Shown piece after piece: positions 13,367-25,139 of a DNA stretch of 64,000 bases (position 1 is the stretch's first letter; every line of letters begins with the position of its first letter). A program made the position numbers and the translations under genes. The DNA lies in contig NC_133617.1 in the NCBI RefSeq assembly GCF_048593235.1, forward strand, positions 28,481,767-28,545,766, read 5' to 3'. Below the pieces are notes generated by a model. The model made no database searches, had not been told where the DNA came from, and saw only the letters and a program-made list of their open reading frames with translations. The DNA comes from Sminthopsis crassicaudata. Lineage: Eukaryota.

Positions 13367-16300
13367 CCCTACACTGATTAAGCCTCAGGTTCATTTTTTA
13401 GAAAAAAGGAAAGAAATATGATGATCCAGGCAGAGGGAACGCTAGCTAGCTCCAGAGAAGAGCTGGGGGCGTGACCAGACCTTCATTGTGCCACTTGAAA
13501 TTAGCACTCTGGTTTCTGGGAGGAGACAAAGGTGGTAGAGAGCCCCCAAAAGATGGAGCAAAAGCAGTGACATGACACTCTGGCTCCACCTGAATTTTCC
13601 AAGCTGACTGTCTATATTTTTCCCTGCAGCCACTATTTCCAAAGGATGCCCTCCACTCTTACCTCCATACCTTGGCACAGGCTGTCCCCTCCTTATCTCC
13701 ACCTGCTTCAAGGCTCAAGTGCCATCTTCTCTGGGAAATCTTCCTGCTCTCCTTTAGTTATCAACATTCTCTCTTTCCTCAAATGACTGCAGATACCCAA
13801 CTCTCCACACCCACATTGGCCCCTCCATCTTCTCTTTGTAGCCCCGATCCTATCCCTTGCTTAAGGAAGGCTTGCTGGACGGGAGAGGAGGGCTTTTCTA
13901 GGTAACGGTCAGGCTCCTGGAACATGCCCAGCTCATCACAGGTCCCCTTCACTGTCACCCAATCCCAACCCCCAGGTTCCCCATCCCAGTGAAGGCTCCC
14001 GGGGCCACCGCAGTCAGCTGCAGAGCTGTGACGGAAGCAAAGGCCCCCAAGGGCCGCAGCATCTGCTCTGTGACTGCTAACCCATCATTCCAACTTAAAA
14101 ATTTTGGTTCCTTTTTTATTATCAGCTTACACATGCACAAGCACTAACAGTTCAATCTACAAGACAAAAAAAAAAAAAAAAAAGAAGACCTCTATGAGGT
14201 TGAACTTGTGGCAGGTGGCCTTTCAAGGTGACTGAATTTCACCCCTGCTCCAGGACAGCCCGTCCTTAACTTCTGCCAGCTCTCTGTATCCTTCCCTTTT
14301 GCCCTCTCCTTCCTCTGCAAGGTCCCCTTCTTCTGCCCAACAAAAAAGACCTCATGGTCCCTCTGAGCAGAAGAGGGTCCTTCTTGGGGGTCTTACTGGA
14401 AAATGAGGAAAGCACCCCAGTTGTCCAGCTCACAAGGGCTTTGAGGGGAACAGCCCACCCAAACCTCCCCCTGAGACTCGGGCTACCCGGCGCTCACTGC
14501 CCAGAGTGGGTCTTGGTCTGACCAGCTCTGCAGAGCAGTTTTCACGTTCTTCTCTCCCTAGAAGCTCGTCTGACTTTGGGAAGGGCATGACAATGAGAGG
14601 AAGCTTGGAGGCCATCGCCTGTCCTGGCCGGATCTCCCTGGGGTACTGCGCTTCTGGGCCAAGAGAGCTCACGCGACCCATAAAGGGGAAGTTGGGTTTT
14701 TACATTATTCCTCATTTAGAAATCTCTCTTCCAGAACACTAAGCAAGACCGAGGTCCTCTACATTCACTGACGCAACTCGTTAGGGGGAGGAGGGTCCCA
14801 TAACAGAATGGGGGCCCCTGGGAGGTGAGGCTCCCCAGCCCTGGAGGTCTACCAGCAGAGCCTGGCCGGGTCACGGCAGGGTCAGTGTTATTAGGGCATG
14901 TGGGCCCCACTGAGCTCTTCCTGAGCCTCAGGGATTCCACCAAAAAGAAAGAGGAAGAAGCTTTCCTGCACAGGCCTGCCTCCACAAGGTCCCAGCGGCA
15001 CATGGCAGCAGGGCCAGGAGATCCCGGCTCTTCCTGTGTATTCCCTGCCTCCTAATGCCACGTGGCAGAGCACACACCGGCTCCCCTCTGGCAAGGAGGG
15101 GGTCCCCACCTTCACAGGTCATTTCCCCTTGAAACAGAAGAGCCCCCGTAGAAGCGGAGCAGGCAGCCATGCTCGGCCTGGAGGCTGACCCTGGGGAGCA
15201 CGTCCTCCAAGCAGAAGCTGCCAGAGATGCCCTGCTGAGACCCATCAAAACCTCTCCAGCTCCCTTTACTGACTTTAAGGCGTACACGCTGACTGTTCTG
15301 GCTCATGAATCCCTCTCTGAGCAAATGTGAACTCAGACCCCCCGAAGGCAATGGGGAATCGGCGGCGCTCCAACCACGGCACAGCTGCCGCCGCCACAAT
15401 CGAAATGGGGCTGCTGCCCGCCTTTGGAAGGGGAAATAGCATTTCGAGGCAGGGGGGCTCATGGCAACAGACAGGCTCCCACCATGAGACACTGAAGGCC
15501 AGGGAACTAGAGAGGCTCCGAGGCTCAGTTATGAGGCTCGGGCCCAGCGGGCCTGGAGCTTGCTCATTTTAATTGGCACCGCAGCAAGCCTGACGACCCC
15601 GCGTACTCCACCCTGGCAAGGCCCTAAAAAGCCACGGGAGCGGCGACAACGATGGAGCCCACTGGCCACGCTCGCCGGGAAGCAGCGGAAATCTGATTGT
15701 GGCTGGGTCTCCAGCTGCTGGTGCTGCTCCTCGCTCCTGCAGCCACCAGCCGGGGCCAAACATGACGCGCCTCCACGTCCAGGACTCTGCCATGCCAGGG
15801 TCCCACAGGCTTTGGGCCACTATCTCCGGCCCAGCCAGTGCACCAAGGGGACCGGACCTCTGGAGCACATGCTGGCAGGGCAGTCACAGCTCTCTGCCCT
15901 GGCCTTTCTAAGCCCTGCCTGGCCGGGAGTACAGTGGGGATGGGGGTGGGGCTTCCTGCTCCTGGAAACGGCTCATGTGGCTGCTCCCCTGACACTAGTT
16001 ATGTGAGCCTGAAAATAGACAGAAAGACTTCAGTTTTCTTGTCTAAAAAGGGGATAACACTGGTACTAATTTACCCAACAGGGTATGGAGAGGAAAGTAT
16101 TTCCTAAAGCCTTCAAGCAATACAGAAGGGATTAACTGAGGAAGGGTGAATGGTCCATCTTGCCCCCTGTCTCAGGTTCTATCTGCCAGCCAGATGGAGA
16201 AGCAGCCTCAAGGGTCCTTGTGCCCTCCCCCCATTCCTCTTCTGGTCTAGGAAGGCCACCTCCGCAACTTCACGGGCTCTTGTGGGGTAGAGGGAAAAAC

Positions 16301-17429
16301 GATTTCCTAGCCCCCTCCCAACTGTGGCAGCTGGGATCAGACAGGCTGGGAAGGGTCACAGTAAAAGGGAGCTTGAAACCCCAAGTGGCCCCTGGTCTCT
16401 GCTCAAGGTTGGGCAAGGTTTCCAGAGACTTCTCAGCCCTTACAGACGATGCCAAATTCTGCAGTGGAAGCTGGGCACTCTGGACCCCTGGAAAGAACCA
16501 CTGGGGATTTCTTTGCCTCGCTAGGAGTTGGCCAGGAGGCCACCTCCCCCAGGCAGCCACTATTTATGGCAGGCGTTCCCACTTGAAAAAAAAGGGACAA
16601 AATCCCAACCCAACAATTTGAAAACAAAACAACCATGTTGTCTGTGACTTGACTTCTTTTCTCCAAGTGAGGCTCTCAGTGTTTACCTCTGACCCCGAAT
16701 GCACCTTACATGAATGTGTCACAGGAACACCTTCCCATCCATTCTGATACTAGCTTCAGGCTTTTCCCTAAGTCCCTCCAGGTGGGCGTCTTGGTAAACA
16801 TTTTAGTTTTTTTGAGAGCAGTGCCACATGTAATTAGCCACTTAATAAATGGTCTTTGAAAACCACAATGCTGACGAGATATAGCATCAGGGCAAGATCA
16901 GCCATGTGACTGTGGGCAGAGGGTTTCACCCCCTACGCCGCAGTTCCCTTACCAGTAAAATGGGGATACCCCTTCTTAGACTGTGTCTTTAAGGACTGCT
17001 GTGAACAAGGGGCTTTGCCTACTTTACGGCATTAGAGAAATGTGAGTTCCCATGATCCCTTCTGTTTTCCTGAAGGTGGAATACAAAAAGATAGAGGTGT
17101 CCTTTGCAAGGACAGACTGTATGCCATTGGCTGACCCCAAAGGCCTCCTGTCTGTTTGTTGGCTCCAAAGTGCCATTTGTGGTGCAACAAGGGCCACGCA
17201 AGATGCTGAGCGCTCCCTGGAGCCTTTGCTAGCCCACCTATCCAATGGGCACTCCACTATCTCTCCTCAAGGGCAGCCCAGTTTCCTGCACTTTATTAAA
17301 CCTCTGCTTAGTCCTGCATTGGCTACCAACTTGCCACTTTCTGGCTGTGCATAAATCATTAGCATTTTCCACAATCAGTTTTAGCTGAGGGATTTAGGGT
17401 CTGGGAAAAACGCCTTCCCTGTTCTTTTT

Positions 17430-17690
17430 CAAATTAGATCAAAGATTCCTAACTTGGGGGGCCACAGACAATCTACCCATGAATCCATGGATAGATTTCA
17501 GGGAATCAGTGAAATGGGATAGGAAAAAAAAAAAGTACACCTGTATTCTCATTAGTCTTTAATTAAATTTTAGTTTTTCTTTTAATTATTTAAAAATTTA
17601 ATCTGATGGGAGTCCTAAGTCTTCCAAAGGGGATCATGACATGTTGCCATACAAAAAAGCGTCTGAACATCTGTATCAGATCGCACCAGG
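17430..17690. mobile_element. Old non-autonomous hAT/Charlie-type DNA transposon remnant
   Basis: Resembles, from memory, a common marsupial Charlie-type repeat (CCATGGATAGATTTCAGGG ... CCAAAGGGGATCATGAC). A related piece lies at about 38470-38620. Boundaries approximate. Confidence 0.5.
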
Positions 17691-18057
17691 CAGTGGAGGC
17701 GGCATCTTCCTCTTGGCACAGGGAACAGGATCTCTGAGATTTACCCAGCTGCCTACCTCCCTTGTTGACAAGCCATGGGTAGGACAGTCAGAACTCTGGA
17801 TACACAGCAGCACAGACACATAGCAGGAGTATGGCTGCTACTGCCTGCCTGCAAATGTTCAAATTTGATCTAGGCTGGCTCCCCTTATGTTCCATTGAGA
17901 ATCACTACTGATCTTTCCATACAATTCCAAAACACTCTGAAAGTTGACAGATGCAATCTACTAGGTCAAGGTAAAAAACACTGAATGTTCCAGGTTTAGG
18001 GGAGAAAAACAAGAGGGAAGAGGGGGGTAAGATAGTAATACAGCAATATAAGACTTC

Positions 18058-18219
18058 NNNNNNNNNNNNNNNNNNNNNNNNNNNNNNNNNNNNNNNNNNN
18101 NNNNNNNNNNNNNNNNNNNNNNNNNNNNNNNNNNNNNNNNNNNNNNNNNNNNNNNNNNNNNNNNNNNNNNNNNNNNNNNNNNNNNNNNNNNNNNNNNNNN
18201 NNNNNNNNNNNNNNNNNNN
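18058..18219. other. Assembly gap (162 N) in TPCN1 intron
   Basis: Run of N. Confidence 1.
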
Positions 18220-20250
18220 TGACTTTGGTCAAGTCACTTAACCTGATAAGGGGAGAAACTATATTAAGCTTAAATGCATCACAGAAAATAAACTATCCAC
18301 ATCAAATAGGTATAGACTGAGTGGCACAGTATCTAAACACTTAATGAAAAGCTAATGGAACTAAAGAGACACCCAGCAAAACAATAAGTGTGTGGGGGTG
18401 GGGAGGAAAGGAGGAGAGACTTCAACATGCCCCTTTCAGACCTACACAAATCTAACCAAAATCCCCAAACCAGAAAAAAAGCACAAGAATAAAATTTAGA
18501 AACGTTAAACATGACAAATTTCTGGTGATTGCTGAATGGAAAACACATCTTTTCTACTTTGTATATCATCTCTGCTGGGGATGTATCTTTGAATTTCGTT
18601 TTCTTCACTGTAAAATGAGAATACTGCTATAATTTCCCTCTTAGGGCATTTTATGAAGTTCATGTGAGATTATACAGGCAAAAGTGTTTTATCATAAATA
18701 TATTATGATGTAACTCTTCCATAAATTAGCTTTTGTTTCCTAGTCACGGGTTATAGCCCATAATTCATTTAAGCATCAAGGGGTAACATTTTACCTTCTC
18801 AGTAGAAGAAGAGCTGCAAAAGAAAGAAACACTTTCTGAAGTTAGTTCGGAAGGTAACTTAATCTCTGCCACCTCTCACTGACCCCTGACTCCAATGATC
18901 ATAGCCAGTAGCCATTTCTGCCACACTTCCATGCTTTCAGTAATGTGAGCGGAAAAATCAGTCTGGGGGGGTGGGGTAGGAAGATGACAGGTCACTATTT
19001 CATCTTCCTGGATGAACAAAAGTAATTGGATTACGCAGCTGGGCCATTTCTGAGAATGGAAAAGTGAATAAACATACTGGGACAAGGATACCAAGCCCCA
19101 GGCAATACTCTCCTTTCTAAGAGACACAATTCTCCTTCACAATGTAGATTAGAGACTTCCCTAGGAGGGAGGTGCTCCCCTCATGTCCCATAGTATAATT
19201 GTTTGGACAAGAAAACTTGACGCCAATCCGGGTTCTTCCTTCCCTTCTTATAGCCTTAGTTTCTTAGTAATTCTCAGTCCTGATTAAAGACACTCAAGTA
19301 AACCTAAGCTAAAGAAGGACTAGAAAATTCAGTTGGTAAGGTAATTCCAGACTGTCTGGTAGAAGGAAGGCCAGACAGGAAATATCAGCTATTTTAAACC
19401 TCTCTTCAGTCAGAGGTCGGTCCCCGTGGAGAGATGACCTGAGGGGAAGGACCAGGAAGGCTTTTAAACAGTCCCATTCTGCCAGAAACCACTTTAAATT
19501 TTAAAAATTAAAGTACACCATCTATTTATATCTACTTTGGGCTAGCCTTTGAGTCACGTCAAAACCAAAAAAACATCAAGAAATCCTCTAAAAACTGGAA
19601 CCTCAAATCAATAGCCCACTTTCAGGACAAACAAGATTTGAACAGATTTTCCCCCCTTTCCCATTCCTTTTGCAGTAATTCAGGGGTTAGGGAAAGACCA
19701 GTCATGCCCCCCACTTTTCTGCAAAGAGCACTAGGCTGGGGAAGACTGACTAGGATCATTCCTTAGGGTAACAGAGCAAACAAACTGGGGAGACAGAGTT
19801 CCCAGAAACCATTAGGTGATAACACGAATCATCTGATTCTTCCAGTAAATGCAAGTTCCAGAAGAGAAAAGCAAAGATACAGGAAAGGCAAGTTAAAAAT
19901 TGGTTTACGAAGCACTTTTCTCACACAACTCTCAGAGGTCAGCAGTATAAATAAGATTATCTCCATTTAAAGGTGAGAAGCTTGAAAAAAGACTTGTTCA
20001 GGGTCATGGGAGCCCAGATCCTCTCCCTCCTAATTCTGGGACCTTTCCCAGGTGGTGAAGGCTCAGCCTCATTGCCACCTGACCTGCAGTCTCTGAGTCA
20101 GAACTGCTTTTGCCCCTATAATGTCATCCCATTAAACATTAGGCAATGAGTGTCTTCCCCAGAGAGAGGATACATGAGATTCCCACTGAACACCACAATC
20201 CCCAGTCCCAGAACAGACAATGAGGCTGTCCCCCGCCTCTGCCACCTTAC

Positions 20251-20362
20251 TTTCATTGGGCAAATTCTCTGGCCCCAGGCGGTCCGAGGGTGCCAGCGGG
20301 GTGCTCCCGCTGTCCTCTAAGGTCAAGATGAGTGGGACATCATCATCTGCGCTCCCAGCCAT
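20251..20362 (-). CDS. TPCN1: Two-pore channel 1, first coding part (112 nt) of exon 2
   Basis: ATG at 20362 in strong Kozak context (gcggccATGG). Encodes MAGSADDDVPLILTLEDSGSTPLAPSDRLGPENLPNE, including the TPC1 dileucine-type DDDVPLI motif. Donor AAA|GTAAGG. Confidence 0.95.
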
Positions 20363-20487
20363 GGCCGCCCCTCCGGCCAATTTCAGGATGTGGCGCTGAG
20401 GGCCTGAAAGAGCCTCTTGCTCAGTCTCCTCTTCAAAACCGCTGCCCTGCAGATGCGTCTCAAAGACTCTGCCATCAGGGGCATCTT
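20363..20487 (-). other. TPCN1: TPCN1 exon 2 5' leader (125 nt), containing a 33-aa uORF at 20383-20484
   Basis: Long polypyrimidine tract ttctttgccttttctctttcttataaaacttcag| ends at 20488; two upstream ATGs (20484 and 20475) in one frame, with TGA at 20383-20385. Confidence 0.85.
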
Positions 20488-21271
20488 CTGAAGTTTTATA
20501 AGAAAGAGAAAAGGCAAAGAACACGCATGAAAATGGCTCTATTTTGAGCGACCTAGACCAAAGAGCCCTCCACATTTATGGGCCCTTACTTCATTCTCCT
20601 TCCCTGCTCAGGTCTGAGCTTTCACAGGGGAGGGAGCCGGGTGAGGAACAGAACCCAATGGGCAAGGCCATAGAGCAAGTTTAACAGGAATATACCAGCA
20701 TGAGAAATCGGTCTGGGAGCTCCCAAAACATTTGAAGACTTTACTGCCCTGACCACACTTCCTTCTGTAGCAATTAAGCAATCCTACCCCCTGTGGCAGG
20801 ACCAGCAGAGCCTCTGAGGCGGACTGCGGGGGGTTATCCTGGCCGAGTCATTTACCCTCTCTCTGCCTCAATTTCTGCTGGTGGCAAGGGGATGTAATAA
20901 AAGCACCTACCTCCTTGGGTTGTTGTGAGGAGATAGTGCTTATAAAAATACTCAGGCACTTAGGAGGGGCCACTACCTCCCCTTATGAAATCGTGAAAAA
21001 GATGTGGAGCTCAGGGAGAACTGAATGCAGAATTCTGTGCTTGACAACTTATTCTAAGGTGTGTGATAGACTCTCAGGGCGGCCAGTGAGAACAAGGGGT
21101 CCTGCAGCCTCTCTGCTCAGAGGCACCTCCCCAGGCAGCCCATTCCCCTTCTGGATAGCTCTCACTGTTAGGAAGTGGTCTCTTTTTTTGTCAAAACTGA
21201 GTCCCTCTCTGCAAGCTGCACACGTTGCCCCTAAATTCTGCCCTCTGGAGTCAAGTAGAAACAGCCTAAAC

Positions 21272-21366
21272 CAGGGGTTCTCAAACTACGGCCCTCGGGC
21301 CAGATGCGGCCCCCCGGTTTATGGCAAATGGGCTGAGGGGCGGAGACAGAGAGCTTTTGTTTTTAC
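21272..21366. mobile_element. Truncated, internally deleted OC1 (OposCharlie1)-like hAT MITE
   Basis: Starts CAGGGGTTCTCAAACTACGGCCCTCGGGCCAGATG and is collinear with the reverse complement of the full copy at 24680-24869; second TIR missing. Confidence 0.85.
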
Positions 21367-22307
21367 CCCCCTAGCCCCAGATCAAGGCCTGAGGCGCACC
21401 AGGCAATGGGAAAGAGGCGGAATTTCTCAGAATTTCTCAGAGTCCCAAGGCTGAGGCCCTCTTGGGGATGGAGGTGGGGAAGGGAAGGTGAGCAGTCAGG
21501 CTGTGCTGCCTTTCAGCTTAGGTAGTGAAGGAGATACTAATGTATCTCCTCCAGAGATACTAATGTAGCACTGACTTTATTACAGTTACTGTTTATTTTA
21601 AATGTGGGAAGACCAGCCCAGCCTACTCAGCAAAGCTAAACAAGGAAGATTTCCCAGAGGTCAGAGCCATTTACCCCTCCTATGTCCGACCTCTGGCTCT
21701 CCTGGACCCAAGGTGGGCACTTCAAGCTCCCTGAAATCAGGCCAGTGCCGGGCACTGAGACCTCGGGCTCTCCAATAGGAAGGCACCCAGAGATGAGGCA
21801 GCGGGCACAGGCCTGGCAGAGGCAGGGCACAGTGGGCACTCTCCTTCATGGGCTGGGGGGAGGGGCCCAGGGACAGGGTGCAGTTTCTCCCCAGAGCAGG
21901 TGGATGTGGGAGCCCCTGCCCCCAAACGCTAAGGAGGCTGAAGGAGAAGAGGAGGAGGAATGGGGTGGGATGAGGGGAGAGGGAGGGAGAGAGGAGGTAA
22001 GAACAGGAGAAAGAGTATTCTGTGCTTGGAACAAGGGGCCTGGGTTACAATCCTTCCTGTTTGCTCAGAGGCTGGGGGATGCTACAGAAAACACTGCTTT
22101 CCTTCTGCCTCAGTTTCCTCATCTGTAAAACGGACTAGAAAATCTCTAAGGTCCCTTCCAGCGCTAGATCTAGGATCCTGGGAAGAGATGAGGAGACGGA
22201 GGCCCCCACGGACTCGGCGTCCGTTTGGCCTCCCCTTTGCTGGGTGTATTCCCCTCCCCTCCCGTGCCCTTTGACCTCCGACCCCCGACCTCTCCCTGGA
22301 TCCTTAC

Positions 22308-22520
22308 AGGAGACGCTCCCGCGAGCAGCGACCGCGAACCGGCCTCCGAACCGAACCTCCTGCTAGGCGCCGCCTTGACAGTCGCGGGCCAGCGGCACGA
22401 CCCGGATTCGCAGTCCCAGAGGAAGAGGACACCGCAGCCGCCACCGAGCCAAATTTCACCCGTCCCCTTCTCCACCTCCCCCCAGCCAACCCCGTCCCAG
22501 TCCCAGTCCCAGCCGTAGCC
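22308..22520 (-). other. TPCN1: Probable non-coding exon 1 of TPCN1 in CpG island
   Basis: CpG-rich stretch, donor CCT|GTAAGG at 22308/22307, GC box at about 22518-22527 and CCAAT boxes upstream; the TSS is not determinable from sequence. Confidence 0.6.
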
Positions 22521-23260
22521 CCGCCCCCTTTCTCGGAAGCCTATAGACGTTATGAGCGGACACTGCTGCTCTCTTATTGGTCGGATGAGCCGCCCTTCCA
22601 TTTTCCCCGCCCACTTTACCCACCTCTCTTCCCTTTCCTTCCGTTCTCCGGGGGAATGAAATGAGCCTCCGCCCCTTTCCCACTCTGCAGTGCTTTGATT
22701 GGGCTTATCTGTTTTCCCTACCCTCTGCATCGAGGAGGTGTGGGAGGAAATGAAACCTAGAAGCCCAAATTTCATTGGTTGGTTCGGCTACTCTTTGGGG
22801 GTTAACCTATCCTTTCATTGGCTTTAAGAAACGCCCTTCCATTTTCCCCGTCCCTTGCAGCCTCTTGGGTGCCTTCCCCATGCCTTTCATTAGTTCTTCC
22901 GGAGGCTTTGCGGGGTTCTTAGTGGAAATCCCTTGCCCTTTTTCCCGCCTCTTGCATACTCCTCCCTACAATTCTCCTCCCCTTTTTCACCTCCCGCCCT
23001 CTCCGTGTCTCTTCTCCTCCCGGCCTAAACTGTATCTGTTTCGACCCTTTCTATTGGCCGGCTGGAGTCGGGGCCTCGGAAACCGTCGAACTCACGGAGT
23101 TCCCGATTGGCTCGAGTCTGTAGGGTAAAGGGGCGTGACTAATTGGAAAATGCCGGACTTGGAGTGGCGACTGATAAAGTCAATCTGAGCCTATGGAATG
23201 CCCGCCCCGGATGTGGTTGGTCTGATTTAGTTGTTTATACGTAGCCTAGCAACGCCTCCT
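22500..23260. promoter_or_regulatory. Bidirectional TPCN1/IQCD promoter with a CCAAT (NF-Y) array and GC boxes
   Basis: ATTGG at 22576, 22698, 22774, 22817, 23053, 23106 and 23142; lies between divergent first exons. Confidence 0.8.
23231..23253 (+). promoter_or_regulatory. Forkhead site (TTGTTTAT) adjacent to an RFX X-box (GTAGCCTAGCAAC)
   Basis: 23241-23253 fits GTNRCC-N-RGYAAC and sits directly before IQCD exon 1; IQCD is a motile-cilia gene. Confidence 0.75.
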
Positions 23261-23320
23261 GCTTGGAGACTTAGAAAGGAGAAGTAAAAGTAGAGGGAAG
23301 TCCCAAAGCTGTGAAGACCG
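23255..23320 (+). other. IQCD: Probable non-coding exon 1 of IQCD
   Basis: Consensus donor CCG|GTAAGT at 23320/23321 just downstream of the X-box; 5' end approximate. Confidence 0.7.
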
Positions 23321-23532
23321 GTAAGTGGGGGACGATTCGGGGTCGTGACGGAGAGGACAAGGTAACAGAGAAGAGATTCTATTCTTAGGGGCGAGACTTT
23401 CGTTCGACTAAAGGTCACGTAGTCCATCCCCCTGCCTCCGGGCGGCAGCATCTGTTTTGGAGGACCTGAAGGGTCCTAATTAATGTCTTATCGCGTCACC
23501 TCCTTGGTTATCGAATCATACCATTCCCCATC

Positions 23533-23760
23533 CGGAAAGAACCCAGCTTCCGTGACCCCACGTGGGGTCTTCTTGGCAGAGATACTGGAGAAGTTGGCCA
23601 TTCTCCAGCTCCTTTTACAGAGGAGGAAACTGAGGCAGACAGGATGAAATGACTTGCCCAGGGTCACCCAACTTGTGCCTTACGTTGTATTTGAACTCGG
23701 GGAAGATGCGTCTGCCTGATTCTAACCCTGGCGCTCTGTCTACTATGTAGCCACCTAGCA
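23533..23760 (-). mobile_element. Mar1-like SINE
   Basis: Reverse RTE-like tail (TCTTGGCAGAGATACTGGAG...CCATTCTCCAGC) plus CORE (GAGGAAACTGAGGCA...GACTTGCCCAGGGTCAC). Confidence 0.8.
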
Positions 23761-24679
23761 GCCCCTGAGCGCTACAATTTATCAGTTTTCCAGAAATAGA
23801 CAGATTGAGCCTGACCGAGCAAATTAAAGAGGGAGCGTTACCCCTTGCAAAGCTTTTAATACCGCCTGAAATTAACTTAGCATCTTCGGCTGCCACATCC
23901 GGAGTATGCCGGAGCAGCTCTAGCCAATTAAGTCATACACTTACACCCCAGAAATTAGACAGTGGATAAACCCAGGACTTGATTTGTTGTTTGTTGCTTT
24001 TCTAGACTTAAAATGTTAATAATGTGTATTAAGCTTAAAAGTATGTGCATGTTTTCCCTCTCCCCCCCCCCCATCCTGGCTGGGACTAGCGTACCCTCTC
24101 ATATCATCCTGTTAGCTTGTTATATACACTGAAGACGGGGCGACTCCAGAGTTTTTCAAAACAAACTGCCCTTGCTATATTGTCATCATATTGTACTTCT
24201 ATAGTGAGTTCTTATTCTAAAAGCTGGGGTCTTTGGGTTTGCCAAACACTAGATAATTAGCGTTCTTGGCTGTTTTGTCCTGCGAACCTAATCTATTCCA
24301 CTGATCTAGTCTATTTCTTAGCCAGTACCAAATGGTTTTGGTGACCACTACTTTATAATTTTAGATCTGGTACAGCTAGGCCACCTTCATTTGATTTTTT
24401 TTCATTCGTCATATTGTATGTCTAAAGATTATTTTCTTAAACCAAATGTAAGTCTTTCTCTTTATCCACATTGAATTTCATCTCTTTGATTTAGCCAAAT
24501 AACAGGGCCTTTTCAGACCTTTTAAAATGTTGACTTCATTCAGTGCATCAGTTAGCTCTCCCAGTTTCATATTCTTTATAAATTAGCTAAGTATATCATC
24601 TAAATGCTTTTATTCAAGTTTCTGAGAAAATTGCTAAACAACCCTGGACTAATATTCATCCCTATAGTATCTACTAGAA

Positions 24680-24869
24680 CAGTGGTCCTCAAACTTTTTA
24701 AATAGGGGGCCAGTTCACTGTCCTTCAGACTGTGGGAGGGCCGGACTACAGTAAAAAACAAAAGTTCACACTCTGTCTCTGCCCCTCAGCCCATTTGCCA
24801 TAACCCGGTGGGTGCATAAACGTCCTCAGTGGCACATCTGGCCCGAGGGCCATAGTTTGAGAACCCCTG
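24680..24869. mobile_element. Full-length 190-bp non-autonomous OC1 (OposCharlie1)-like hAT transposon
   Basis: TIRs CAGTGGTCCTCAAACT and AGTTTGAGAACCCCTG; 8-bp TSD TACTAGAA (24672-24679) / TACTAGAG (24870-24877), matching the Charlie-type target preference. Confidence 0.9.
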
Positions 24870-25139
24870 TACTAGAGAATAGATTTTAAGATCTTTAAGA
24901 TTGTCATTGAGCCATTAAATCTATTTTGAAACCACTTGTCGCATCATCTAACTGCATCTCTCCATCTTTTCCCACAAGAATAACATGACTTTAATTAAGG
25001 GTTTTGTTAAAATCTCAGTCAACTCCAACTACCAGTCTAATAATGCTATGCATTTTTTTAAAATTAATCCAACATTAGCTGGTTTTGATGAATTTATAAT
25101 GGCTCTTCATGTCACTTCTTTTTCTAGGTATTCATTACT

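Noticed and set aside
22170-22775. 201-aa minus-strand ORF crossing the TPCN1 promoter, in phase with the exon-2 uORF at the 22308 donor
   Set aside because: Its ATG lies among the CCAAT boxes, upstream of the likely TSS; the low-complexity G/W-rich product is typical of a CpG island
23554-23569. Perfect 16-bp palindrome GACCCCACGTGGGGTC near the IQCD promoter
   Set aside because: Part of a Mar1-like SINE tail whose consensus is already near-palindromic; no independent evidence of function
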